Source: Callorhinchus milii
Lineage: Eukaryota
Length of the DNA stretch: 64,000 bases
Direction of reading: 5' to 3'
Assembly: GCF_018977255.1 (NCBI RefSeq)
Contig: NW_024704743.1
Location: forward strand, 41,232,001-41,296,000
The first letter of the stretch is position 1. Each line of letters opens with the position of its first letter. Positions 26,255-39,189 of the stretch are shown piece after piece. Made by a program: the position numbers and the translations under genes. The notes under the pieces were generated by a model. It saw only the letters and a program-made list of their open reading frames with translations, had not been told where the DNA came from and ran no database searches.

Positions 26255-26605
26255 TGTTACCCCCAATGCAGTCCGTGGGAAGCTCTCTATTGTCAGAGGT
26301 GCCGTCCTTCAGCTAAGGCATTAAACAAAATTTCTCGTTCATCTGCCTGTTCAGATGGACATTAAAGATCTGTTGGGACTATTCTAAAGAGAAGGCAGTT
26401 TCTCCCTGTGCTCTGACCAATAATTCCCCAAATATAATTGGCTATTCAGTTCATTGGTGTTTGTGATACATTGCTAGGTGTAAATTGGCTGCTGCTTTCA
26501 CTTACAAAATACACAGTAACTACACTTTACAGTATATTTTGTGAAGCATTTTGACATGTCTCAATGACGCATGAGGCACTATATCAAATGCAAGGATTAT
26601 TATAA
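26255..26605 (+). mobile_element. 5'-truncated Deu-domain SINE
   Basis: gtcagaggtgccgtcctt...taaattggctgc...aatgcaaggattatta. Confidence 0.75.
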
Positions 26606-27374
26606 ATAAATCCTTCGTGATTTTCTTAATTTCTGCCATTCACGACTGTTGATAAGGAAAATGTTGAAATAGTGCATTTCTGTCAGATCCTCGTTGAATC
26701 ATCTCTTCTTCCAACACTCACTCTAGTGCTCCTCAGAGCAGAATCCCTACAATTGTTCAAGAGTTGATTTCCTATCCATATCCTGGGAGCCTGAGGCCAA
26801 TTGCTAACTCACCTGAGATGGCTAATTTTGGTTGGATCTTGTTTCCAACTTTCAGTCTTCTAGCCTGTAACACATAGTGAGCATATTGGGCAGTGCCTTT
26901 GCCCACTGGTACGTATATCCTCTGATTAATGTTACCTGAGGTATTTTTGGTGATGTGAGATTATAATGGGAAATTCCTTTAGTGGCTGACATTGGCAAAG
27001 GTGATACACATACTACTCACTTGGAGTTTTCCCTTAGGTATTGAGGAAGTTAAGATAGCTCTCTCTGTATCATACATATCTCATGATCCTTGCAGTAGAA
27101 TTATATGGAATTATACACAAAAATATGGCATGTAAACAGGCCATTCAGGCCAACCATGCCGGCATTTATACTCCACGCAAACACTTCCTCAAGGGTATAG
27201 CAAGCTGACTCAGCCTTCTTTCTCTTTCCAAACTGATTATATGCAGCATTTTGCTGTGTTAAGAGGAATGCTAAGAGGAATACTAAATAATTTGCCCATT
27301 AAAATGATGTTCCTGACATTCTGCTTCGATTTACATAAATCTATATTTGCATTTACATACAATACAAAATTACA

Positions 27375-28050
27375 TTAGTATAGTGCCTTTCAGATTGGGA
27401 GAATATACCAAGGCCCTGGACTCTCAGGGATCTGGACCTCAGCAGTGGGGGGTGCAGGGATTGGGTAAGGGAGGGAAGAGGGCAGGAGGATGATTGAATG
27501 CACAGTCGAAGAGAATGGTTTTAATATGTGCCTTGAAAGAGGCAAGAGAGGGAGCAAGGTGAAGGGAATGTGGGATGGAGTACCAAAGGCAGAGAGGCTG
27601 AAGGCCTGACTGCTGATGGTGGGGTGGGCCGAGCGGGCTGCATGGAGCAGGCTGGAGCCTGCTAAGCGGAGAAAGCGGACAGTGGATAAGGGGTTAGAAG
27701 GTCACTGAAGTAGGAAGGGGCAAGGCTGTGGAGGGCCTTGAAGGCGAGGGTTAGGATTTTGAATGCTATCTATCCTTTGAGGGATGGGGAGACAGTAGAG
27801 CCGGATGAGGGTAGTGGGGTCACAGAGCCAGGTGCGCGAGAGGACACGAGCTGCAGAGATCTGGATGATTTGCAGCTTGTGGAGGGAAGAATTGGGAAGG
27901 TCAACAAGCAGGGAGTTGGAGTCGTCGAGGCTTGATGTGATGAACATGTGAATAAGGGTTTTGGCAGACTGAGGATCAGGCAGTGACTGAGCTGGGCAAT
28001 GATGCAGAGTTGGGGGAAGGCAGAGCGTGTCATGGCATGGATGTAGGAAA
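27375..28050 (-). mobile_element. L2 LINE 3' fragment
   Basis: KTLIHMFITSSLDDSNSLLVDLP..KLQIIQISAARVL translation. Confidence 0.88.
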
Positions 28051-28149
28051 GAAAGAATATAAGAATGTTCTGTTTTGTTTGCTGGAAAATACAATAATTC
28101 CTGTAGATACATATATTTGGAAAATGTCAACAGTGGCACATTATTATTA

Positions 28150-28415
28150 TTAATAGTAATAATAATAATAATCCTTAAATTTAGCATGCCCCCTTCACAT
28201 CAGGAGGACGCCCCATAGTGTTTCACAGGATATGCTGTAAAGTTTAGTGACTGTGTATTTTGTGGGCAAACGTGGCAGTCATTTTGCACACAACAATGTC
28301 CTACAAACAGCATGATGTGAATGACCACATTTTTTTTTAATGTCCACCTGGCAGGCAGACATGGTCTTGTTTTAACATCTCATTTAAAGCACAATATCTC
28401 CAACAGTCCAGCACA
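28150..28415 (-). mobile_element. Deu-domain SINE fragment
   Basis: Antisense (TTA)n tail and Deu body. Confidence 0.7.
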
Positions 28416-29464
28416 CAGTTTTGAAACTTTCACTCTATCGATCATTTAATCCATTTTTTTGTGGAGTTTTTTGGGTCAGCCGGATGTTCTGACACATCCA
28501 GAAACCCATCAGCATTCTTATGAGTATCCAAAGTAAACTGAAAATTCCTTGCATCCCACCCAAATATTCTAGAGATGGATTCTTGGCATAGAAAATACAC
28601 TCTCTCCCTGAAGGAACACATCCTGCTTACCTAATTTCAGAAAGCATTAGGCATAGGTTTGGCAAGAGCCAAAGCTTGGGAACCCCAGAGTGCATTGGGG
28701 TACTGCTGGAATTTAACCAGCTAAAACGGCATAGCTTGTCATCGATAGTATTGTCTGGCAAGCTTTCCTGCTGCTTTCTGGCTAGAACTAACCTATCCTT
28801 TAGGGCTTTGGCTTGCAGGGTTAACAGGAACTGAGTGGGAGGATTCCCTTCCCCCAGTGACCGGTCTGCCCTCCATGTCCTGCTGATGAACCAGGCTATC
28901 ATCAGCAGTGCCCCAGAATACTGCAGACCCACCTGGCTGAGACTGCCACAGAGGGCTGGCTCGATGCCAATATTAATTTGCCAGACATATCACCTTAGAG
29001 CCAGTTCAACTCAGACCCTGTTTACCTCCACTTCCCCACTCCCCCATCCACACCCTGCTCTGCTCCGCTCCCCTCCCCTCCCCCTCACCCCCTCGCCCCT
29101 CCCTCCAGCAGGATAAAACCATGTACTGTTCCACGGATGTGATTCTCCTCCTTGACTCTGCATCTGCAGTGTGCATTGAACATCAGGATAACCAAATAAA
29201 CTGCTTTACCCAGATTTTTTTGGTTGTGTTAACCCTTCATCCAGATTGAATACAATTAAAAAATGAAATGTGTGAGGTTAATTACTCAGAAGTAAGGTTT
29301 GCAAGAAGTATGGGTAAGAGTAAGGGAAATGGAACTGAAAGAACCTCCATAATCTATTAAACTACCAGCCTGGATCCAATGACTGAATGACTCTGGAACA
29401 TAGGAACACAGGAACAGGAGAAGGCCATTCAGCCCCTTAAGCCTGTTCCGCCATTCTATAAGAT

Positions 29465-30143
29465 CTTGTATAGTTTTCCTTTATCACTTTAAGCCAATAT
29501 AATCTCGGGTTTTTATCTTCTTCCAAATTTCTCCTTTTGTCAAACCTTCTACTTTTACTTCCTAAACCAGATTCTCTCTCCTCTTGGAAAAGTTTTCTCC
29601 TTGCCTGGTTCACTTTGTGGTTTCCCTCCATTTCTCTTGTGTTGTACCTATGGTCTCATATTTTTTTCTTCCGATATTAACAAATCTCTTAACCGTCTTG
29701 ACATCAGTATTCACATCAGTATTCACATGCTGGTGAATGTCCCTCATTGTCTCTCGGCATGTTTCTGTTGGCCAGAATTGCCAGGTGCTTCTCTGCCTTT
29801 GCATTGTCTGTCTTCTTCCACATTTTCTTTCTTGTCACTATTTCTCATTCCACCAGATCATTGCTTTGGGGATACCCCATTGAAATTGTTTTGTGGTTTA
29901 TTTCCCACTGCCTGGTGAATGTCTTGTATTCTGTGCTTGAAAATTGGGGCCCATTCTCGCTAATCATTTCCCTTGGTATTCCATGCCGGGCACAGATTTC
30001 CTTGGTTGTTGTGTCATTCAATGCCATATATTTATTATATCAAGATGTATAGTCTATTATCATAAAATAGTTTTTGCTATTATAGTAAAACAAATCAGTT
30101 CCTATTTTGGTCCAGGCTTTATTTGGTTTCTCATGCCAAAATT
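29465..30143 (-). mobile_element. Decayed Gypsy/Ty3-type LTR retrotransposon integrase fragment
   Basis: Minus-strand WTKIGTDLFYYNSKNYFMIIDY...ARHGIPREMISENGPQFSSTEY..F..QWEINH...YPQSNDLVE and ILMSRRLR, matching rve-core motifs; contains stops and frameshifts. Confidence 0.85.
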
Positions 30144-30145
30144 AT

Positions 30146-30449
30146 GGAGTCCTGTAGCTCAACGGTTAGAGCACTCACCTCGCAAGCGAGAGACCTGGGT
30201 TTGATTCTCAGCAGAGTGAAACCTTGGGCAAGTTTCCTTACTCCACATCCCTGATAATAATCCCTCAAGAAAGAAAAGCAATAATAAATTGGTCACTTCA
30301 ATCCACGACTGTTTGTGGGACGCTGCTGTGCGCAATTGGCTGCCATGTTTTGCCCATGAATATGCAGTCAATTCACTTAGCAGTGAAGCACTTTGAGATG
30401 TCTAGAAGACGTGAAAAGCGCTGTATCAAATGCAAGTATTATTATTATT
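30146..30449 (+). mobile_element. Full-length CORE-like/Deu SINE, short form
   Basis: Starts ggagtcctgtagctcaacggttagagc (box A), degenerate box B, Deu body, (TTA)n tail. Confidence 0.9.
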
Positions 30450-31529
30450 GTTGGGAAAGAGAGTTCATATTCAAGGAAATTTATCTTTATTTGTTGATAG
30501 GTTGAAATTTTCAATGAGGTATTATTTGAACATATCGCAAATCAGAATTCTCACCCCTTTCACTGAGTCCTTTATAAATTACACAATTTATGCCCCAATA
30601 GGTGGATGAAGCCCAACATTGCACACTGTCAGTTGTTGTGTTGTTGCATGTTTCAGTCAGGGCTCTGCTGGAAATGAATGTGTGTAACTTTGCAGAAATA
30701 GTCCATCAATCAGTGTGTTTAATGAAGAAAAATCATTATGGTGAAGGATCATAAGATGGTCTTAGCACTAAACTGATGATGTTTTTGCTGGAGATCTGTG
30801 TACAGTGCCCATCGCACAGATGATTGTGCCCATGTAGGAATGAATCAACCAAAGTTACAGCTGGTAGGAATGACAGATTCAGGTGGTGGGTCACTAATAG
30901 CAGTTAGCTTTTCTGCAACCGCCTTTGAAAGAATGAATTAGAAAGCGAGAGAAAAAATTTGCATAATTACTGCAAGGAAAGGTGAACTCAGCGTTGGTTC
31001 ACACATTTAAGACTATTGCGGAAATAGGCATGAAACAGATCGATGGACCATGACAACAAGAAAGAGAGGCATACTCAGTTGAGAATTGAAGCTCATTACT
31101 GGGAACTGGTGAGAGTTTAAGCTGATGTAAAATCTTAAATAAAATTGCCACCAAGAACAGCTTTCTGGTGAGCATTTATTTAACATAACCTGCAGCCTAA
31201 ATGGAAAATGAATCACTGTCAAAACAATACAGATAGTAATTAAACTAAGTAGAGAAATGAGCCCTGGGACAAAAAACACAATTTCAAAGAAAGAAATGTA
31301 ATCTATTCTTTTCAATAGTTATGCTTTCCACTATTGGATATGAATTCTCAATGAGGCTCAGCTCATTCTATGTGCTCCAAGTAGCACATTAGTTAATTTT
31401 GAATCATGAGCAGATTTCCTTCATATTGATTTTTATTTTATTTTTGAATTTGGACAGCAATATCAGAATTTAATTTTCCTTATTTTTTCATATTTAATTG
31501 TGTTTTACAATTGTAAAATTAGCTGATTT

Positions 31530-32110
31530 CCAGGTCATAAGGTCATTATGCATGTACTTCCATAAACACTGTGCAGTTCTGGTGACCATACTACAGGGAG
31601 GAAGCTGTAGCAATGGAGAGAGAGCAGGGTAGAATTTACTAGATTGTTATCAGGGATGAGAGGCTACAGCTATGAATAAAGGTTGGACAGGTTAGAGCAT
31701 GTTTTCTCTCTGGAAACGAGGCATTGGAGAGTAAAAGATAGAAATGTTAAAATATTGAGAATTTGAGATGATGTACCTAAATAGTGTGCCCCACCTGTTG
31801 GTGAGTGTATAACAAAGGATACAAATATATGACAGCGTGCAGCAGATCTAATAGAAGTTTAAGAAGTACTTTTCATGTAGAAAAGGCAGTGAGAATGTAG
31901 AACTCATTGCCACAGCTGTGGTTTCAGCAGAAAACATCAATGCATTTAAGATAAAGCTGGATGGGTACATGAGGAAGAAGGGAATAGAAGAGTAAGTGGG
32001 GAAAGGGATTAGGAGAGGTGGAGACTCATCTGGAGAATAACCACCAGCCAGATTAGTCAGGCTGAATGGCCTGTATTAGTCTTATACAGTGCATGCAATT
32101 ATACGTAATT
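31530..32110 (+). mobile_element. Degraded CR1 LINE 3' region
   Basis: gtgcagttctggtgaccatactacagg...aactcattgccacag...ggctgaatggcctgt, the CR1 ORF2 end and 3'UTR pattern. Confidence 0.75.
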
Positions 32111-32270
32111 CTCTGCTCCCCAGTATGAGTGCTCCACGTCCAAACCTCTATACCTCATTTTAAGTTGTAAGCTAGTTGCATGCATTTCTTAAAAAGAACA
32201 GGCTTTCAAACTGAGTCTAAATTGAAGATTTTTCCACAATTGTGCCAGTATCTTAAATTGTAAGATATAT

Positions 32271-32700
32271 CAGCCTGGTTCAATGGTAGCACTCTCGCCT
32301 CAGAGTCAGAAGGTTGTGGGTTCAAGCCCCACATCTTGCTTTGGAATTACATTGTCTGTGCTGCATTGCTGAGGACAATTTACATTGTCGGAGGCAACAT
32401 GCTTCGGATGAGACATTAAACCAAGGTCCTGTCTGCCAGCTCAGGGGGAAATTGAAGATGCCAAGGCACTGTTCGAAAAGAGAAGGGAGTTTCTCCCAGT
32501 ATACTGGCCAAAAGTTCCCCAAAATAAAGTTGGCACTCACATCGTGGCTGTTTGTGGGGCATTGCTGTGCACAAACTGGCTGTTGCTTTTTACTCACAAA
32601 TACACACATTTCATCCATTTCACCTTATATCCTGTGAAACACTTTGAGATGTCTTGACGACATGATAAGGCACGATATCAAATACATGGATTATTATTAT
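32271..32700 (+). mobile_element. Full-length Deu-domain SINE (SacSINE1-like)
   Basis: cagcctggttcaatggtagcactctcgcctcagagtcagaaggttgtgggttcaagcccc head, Deu body, L2-type tail. Confidence 0.88.
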
Positions 32701-34219
32701 TTACAACAACAACAAAATTACATTTGAGACAAAATGTTAAGATTACATGGAATTTAGTGTGTCTGATTTTCAAAACAAAAGTCTCTTTCTGAGGCCAGTC
32801 TCAGCTACTGCTGATGCATCACATGAATACTGGTGGACCTTCTGTCATTATACGTTTTGAAGAATTATAAATCTTCACTTTAGAAATGATTGAGAGCTTG
32901 TTATTTTTTAGTTTCATCATCAATGGTGCTGGAAACTTTTCAGGCCTCTCTCCCTTTAATGCACAATTTGCTGCAAAATATTAAAGTTGGAGGCTTCCTG
33001 TCATCATATGGACATTGGCAGCTTAGGAGTGAATCCATTCAGCCCTCCCTAATTATTTTAAATTATCTTGTCTCCATTTGCCATCCACTAAATAATGGAC
33101 TCATCTATTAATCTTAATCTTCAGATCAATCTGTCTACCTTCAGTTACCTGGTACAGTATAGTTGGTCATCCAATGTTAATTTATTTTGTCTTTCACATA
33201 AAACAATGCTGCCAACAGCACTTCTGAGAGCCATAACATTGATAGGGAAATGGATCTTAACATATGGCCACCATCTTATGCTTGCCATGTGATGAATTGG
33301 ACATATTGAAAGCAATCACATAAAGTAAATGTAAAAAAGAATAAATCTTCAGAACAACTGCCAAACACTGTCTGAGAATTAACAGTATACTTTACTCTCA
33401 GTATCGAAATGCAGTGCAATTTTATTGGTATTCTGATCAGAGGCTCCTGTCAATTCTGATTTTGGAGCGTGTAAGAATAACCTTAAATTTTCACTAAGGA
33501 GTAAAAGATCCAAAAAGGACATTCAACTTGCCAAAGCTCATCTCTCAAATACATTAACTCTCCCACCATGTATCAAATTGAAATTACACTTGTGTTCAAC
33601 CCTATTGATTTGCTTGGTATATTATTCCAAATATTTATCACACTGTAAAAAGATTTTCCTTGTTGCATTAGTATTTGTATAATTTTTGGCATAATCTTTG
33701 TTTAAAAATAAGAAATAGTTCAATTACTCATGCATATTGTATGGAACGTCTTATTTTTTTAAGGCTTTAATGGATACCAGGGGATTAATCAGGGCAACAG
33801 TGTGTGTAATCACTCAATTTAAAACAAGGTAACAGTAGTCTGTTTTTGTGAGCAGAGTTGGATTATTGCAAAAAAGTCACTCTGTTCTGTGTGGTATGTG
33901 AATTGGTCTCCAAGGCTCATAGAATTAGGTCTAGGTATCTGATACCAAACACCTGTGGAATGGTACCCTACACCACAGAAAGAATGAAGAAATAGAGAGA
34001 AATTAAAGAAAGCAAACATTTCAAACAAACCAAACGTTTAGACATACTCACAGCTTCTCTCCTATGGGAGAGAGTTTGTTTTGGATTTTCCTTCTCTGGG
34101 ATCCCTAGCCCTTGATTCTTGTACTCTCTGAAGTTAGAAAAGCAGGGTGTGTCCCTCCAAGGAGAGAATATACATTCCGTACCAGTCACAGGGAAATTTC
34201 TCTGTGTAGCTGGCATGCA

Positions 34220-34690
34220 TAGAACTATAAAAAATTATAGCATATTATAAGGCTCTTTTAAAGGCAATCCTTTCAGTCCCTTTTACCTGTCTTTTCCCTA
34301 TACCCCTGTAGTTTACTCCTTTTTAGATATTTATCTAATTACCTTCATAAACAAATATGGATTCAGCATTAACCACCACTCCCAGAAGCGCATTCTATAT
34401 CCTAACTGCTCTGTGTGTGAGAAAATACTTGTAAGCTCCCCATTTGCTCGTTTACTAACTATCTTGGATATTGCGTTTCGCCAACAAAACGAACAGTCAC
34501 TACATTTTACAGTGTATCCTGTGAAGTGCTTTGAGACATCTCAAAGACATGATAAGGTGCTGTATCAAATGCAAGGATTATTATTTTTATTACATCTTAA
34601 ACTCATGCCTCTAGTCATTGACTCACTGACCCGTAGAGATAATTTCTCCCTATTGACTCTATCAAAACCCCTCGTAATTTTGAAATCATC
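34220..34690 (-). mobile_element. CR1 3' fragment with a plus-strand SINE tail inserted (~34465-34590)
   Basis: CR1 antisense sequence (compare 61610-61905) split by gtgaagtgctttgagac...aatgcaaggattatt. Confidence 0.7.
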
Positions 34691-35084
34691 TCACACCCCT
34701 CAACCTTTTTTGTTCATATGTGGAATCTGGTTTGGATTCTCTTAAACGTGGCGATGGGTTTCTGCATGTGTCAGACACCTGGCTGATAGAAAGCAATTAA
34801 TTGGAACCTCAAATCCATTAAGTTCAATTTGTTATGATAAAATTAATTCAGATTAGATGCAAAAGTGGCAATTCAATTTGTACTGAAATATGGACCAAAT
34901 TATTTTCTTTTATTTAGTGCCATTTACTGTGGTGTCATCTTTCTGTTACATACATTAGAATACATTAGAATATACAGCACAGAATCAGGTCATTCGGCCC
35001 CAATGGTCTATGCCGGTGTTTACGCTCTACATGAACTTCCTGCTGCCCTTCCTCAACGAAGCCTTCAAGAAGAATATTGCCTTA

Positions 35085-35161
35085 AATTGAAGTCACTGGG
35101 AATGGTCAGCAGGTTGTGCAGGATATATGGAGAGAGGAAAGTGAGTTAACATTTCAGGTCA
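35085..35161 (-). mobile_element. Short Penelope-like terminal-repeat fragment
   Basis: agtcactgggaatggtcagcaggttgtgcagg...ggagagaggaaagtgagttaacatttcaggtc matches 146-216 and 24640-24712. Confidence 0.6.
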
Positions 35162-35574
35162 GGTAAATTGCAGTTTAACAGTGAGGCACTTACTTAAATT
35201 TCAACTCAATGTTCTTAGCATATTAGAGTGCAACCTTCCACTATTAACTCTACTTAAATTATTCCTTCAGAGCCTGTTTCAGATTCAGGCAGGCGCACAC
35301 TTGTTTTGACTATACTTTGTACTTGCTACCCTTAATTCTATTCTCCACATCGTCCTTTACACCAGTGATGAAGGTAATATCATTAAAAGACTTGTTGAAG
35401 TGATGGAGATTACAGGGTCCTTGTAGACTCCTTTAAGAATGCAACGATTATGTACTGCTGGGATTAACATCACACACAGCACAGCATTTGTTGTGTAGCT
35501 GCCTCAATGTCTGCAATTCTGGATAGGTCTAATTTATATTATTCCTCATTGGACACCATACCAACCTATCCAAT

Positions 35575-35900
35575 TCCCTCCACTCGGTGGGCAGTCGCTG
35601 GCTCCATGTCCCCTACGAATTAATGGTTGGGCGTTCAACTTTTCTTCCCCCACCCTTTGCAACTCCTTCGTTCCGCATGCCCCTTGCCTCCTTCATGGCC
35701 CATCTCAAGACCTTCCTCTTTGTCTGTGTCTTCGGCCACCTCCCACCCCCACCACCCCATCCTACCACCCATTCCTCTTACCCTCCACCCCTCTTGCTTC
35801 AACTCTCAGCTCAGGTGCACACCCTTAATTGTCCAGCAGCTTGGGATGTATTTTCAACGAGAAATATGGTCTACAAACGTAATCTGTTGTTATTATTGCT
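35575..35900 (+). mobile_element. L2 LINE 3' fragment
   Basis: SFMAHLKTFLFVCVFGH; (TTG/TTA) tail. Confidence 0.7.
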
Positions 35901-37594
35901 TTTGTTGCGGTTCTTTAATAAAGAATCCAAGTCATGTAAAGGACATTTCCTTTCAGTAACTGAAAGTACATCAAGCTGACCTGAGCTGCCTTCATTCCAA
36001 TACAGTCTACTTCTGGAGCAAAGTTCTACTGGGATTCATTATGCATTAAGGAATACCTCAGTGTGTTTTGCAAGGTTTTAGTACTGAGAGCAAAATGGAC
36101 CTATCATCAAGGGAGTTCATATATATTACATAAATGTAAATTGATCATTATTGAACAATTCAAATATTCAAGTTTTACATCTATGTTGATGGAGTTATTT
36201 GGTCAAGTTGCAAAAAAAACTGAACTAATTTATTTGATTTACAGATTGCTTTTACCAAATTTTCCCCAATGGTATAAAAACAACCTTTGAATTCCATTGG
36301 GTCACCTAATCCCTATAATTGACAAAGCAGATTTTTAAAAAAGAACATTACCCAGGTATATCACCAGTTTTATTTCTGTTCATCCACATCTAAATTATTC
36401 TAGTCAGACCATATTTCAGATTCTTCAAAAATAAATCTAAATTGATCCAATTTGGATCAATTCAAATTTTAAATTCAGTTTGGAGTTCATCACTAATATG
36501 TTATTTCAAGATTTATAATTTATAACCCATTTAATCCCTTTACTAGAAAATGCTTATGTGGGTTATAACAAAATAGCTTCAGGACCATATTAATTTATAC
36601 TTAGGTGTGTAATTTTGTTTCCTACTTTGTGCAATCGATAATGTTTCACAGCTATCTGGCTTTCTGTACAACACCTTCTCAAGATGCAGATCAATAATGA
36701 CTTTCACAGAATTATTAACAGGAAATATCTATGCTGCACATGAAGCACTTTTAATGTAAAGAGCTGAAGGCTATAGTTAATTGTTAGAATTAATTTATTC
36801 TGATCCTAATTACATCTTAAACTGAAAACTAGCTTCAGAGATTGTGCTTCTCTACATAGGAGGACTTTGCCATTCACTGTAGCAAGAATTATGTTTGCAA
36901 TGCTCATTGCTGGTGTAAGATGACAGATTGCTTAGTGACCGCAATAATAAATTAAGACTTTGATTAAAGAGTCTTGGGTTTAACTTTCGATCTGCTCTGT
37001 GACCTGGACAGGGCTGATCGTGTTGAATCACTGAATAACTAGAACTGGTCCAGCCTGTTCCTGCTTATTGAAAAAAATATAATGATTCTAATATTTCTTC
37101 CTTTATTGATATACCCACCGATATTCGTAGCCCAACAACAATGTCCCTTCTGTTCTAATGACTAACAGGCCATTATCTGCCATCTGTGTTGTGTCAAAAC
37201 AATTCATTCAATTATTTCCCTTTCACATTTTATAGCGTGTGTTAGAACACAGTTTAATTAAAACTGTTTTAATGGAAGACTGATATGTATTTTTAACTTT
37301 GACTTTATTGAGGAACAATCTAGTCCTTTGCCGTTTAATGGGGTTGGAGAATGGCAATTCATTATCTGTGTGCATTTCTCCTACATTTGTGAGGGAAGAG
37401 CATGCAGCATTATGGTGGAAATATGATTAATCCATTGGCATCTCAAGAGATATAGGGATATATCCTTCTGATGGTAATATGCTTGCTTAATAGGAAGATT
37501 GTACCGATGGCTCTTTAGATGAATGTATTTGAATGAAATCCCAATGTGTATCCCTCACTCACAAACAATTGCAAGGTCTCTGATATAGCATATC

Positions 37595-37830
37595 AGCATA
37601 GAAATGTACAGCAAAAAAAGGCAATTGAGCCTGCAGTGTCTGTGCTGATTCTTTGAAGGAGCAATCAATTTAATCCCATGTAGTTGTCTTTTGCTTATAC
37701 CCTTGCAAATTAGTTCTTTTCAGATATATATGCAATTCTGTCTTGAAAGCTACTATAGATTCTGTCTGAACCACTGCACTGGGCAGATATTCTACAACTG
37801 TTTGTATATAGAAAAAAATCTTCTGAGGTC
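37595..37830 (-). mobile_element. CR1 3' end
   Basis: AVVQTESIVAFKTEL.IYLKRTNLQGY translation. Confidence 0.75.
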
Positions 37831-37914
37831 CCTCTTTATTAACTAACGGATAACTAAAAATGTATAAAATGTGTCTCACAATATTGATTCAAATATAAAA
37901 TGTCATCTTAATTG

Positions 37915-38480
37915 CAAAAAAAAGCCTTTGTATACTGCTGTGTTCTTTGTATATAGTTTTGGCTTTATGTTCGGAGAACAGAGTATAAATGTAGGGAGGT
38001 AATGTTAAATTTATGTAAATCCTTGGGTGGACCATATTTGGAGTAATGTATATAGTTCTGGTCGACAAATCACAGATTGCACCCCACAAAATATACAATC
38101 ACTACAATTTACAGTATATTCTATGAAGCTCTTTGACACATCTAGAAGGTGTGATAAGGGGCAACATCAAATGCAAGGATTATTATTATTATTACTATTG
38201 TAGCATAGATTTAGAAGGATGTTTATAGGGATGAGTGGATCCAGCTATCAAGAACGATTGGACAGATTGCAGCTTTTCTCTGTTGAGTTGAGAGAATTAA
38301 CCGAGGACCTGATAGAGGTGTTCAAGATTTTGAGAAAGGATTTGGTAAGGTGGATGTTGATTGGCTATTTCCACTTGTTGGTGTGAAAAAAAACAAAAGA
38401 GCATGAACATTAGATAGCGAGTAGTAGATCCAATGGGGGAGTTCAGGAGGAATGTTTGCAAAACACACCATGTATTTAAG
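37915..38480 (+). mobile_element. Degraded CR1 fragment with an inserted SINE tail (~38075-38200)
   Basis: gaggacctgatagaggtgttcaagattttgaga (GDLIEVFKI-like) and flanking CR1 sequence. Confidence 0.7.
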
Positions 38481-38569
38481 AGAAAATTTGATGCATGCCT
38501 GAGAGAGAAGGGAACAGACGGATATAAATGAGGGGAATAGGAGATGTAGAGTCCACCACTGTCTCAGAC

Positions 38570-39189
38570 GGCAGGCCGTCGAGACACTCATGCATATGTT
38601 CATAACCAGGCTCGACTACGCAAACTCCCTGCTTGTCCCAACTCCTCCCTCAATAAGCTATAGAAAATCCAGAAGTCTGCAGCCCGTGTCCTCTCCCGTA
38701 CTAGGCTCTGCGACCCTATCACCCCCATCCTCACCTGACTCCGCTGGCTTCCCATCACACAGAGGATACAGTTCAAGATCCTGGACCTCACCTTGAAAGC
38801 CCTCCATGGCCTTGCTCCTCCCTACCTCTGCGACCTTCTAAACCCTTACCAGTCTGCCTGCTCCCTCCGCTCAGCCGGTTCCAGCCAGCTTCACGTCCCC
38901 CGCATCGCCTGCCCCACCTTTGGCGGGCGGGACTTCTGCCACTCTGCCCCCACCCTCTGGAACTCCATCCCGCAGTCCCTTCACCTCACCCCCTCCCTTT
39001 CCTCATTCAAGTCTCATCTCAAGACCCTCCTCTTTGACTGTACCTTCAATCACTCTCCTTCCCCCCCTGCCCTCCACCCGTTCCAATCCTGACCCCCACT
39101 CAGGTACGAAATACAGATTGTCCAGTGCCTTAGGATGTTCTCCTGATGTGAAAGGCGCTATACAAATGTGATTTTCTTGTTGTTGTTGT
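38570..39189 (+). mobile_element. L2 LINE 3' fragment
   Basis: HMFITRLDYANSLL, KALHGLAPPYLCDLL, APTLWNSIP..FKSHLKTLLF; (TTG)n tail. Confidence 0.9.

Noticed and set aside
30146..30220. tRNA gene (also at 48049, 45990, 46311, 32271)
   Set aside because: Box A/B heads run directly into SINE bodies; no complete cloverleaf or acceptor stem is evident
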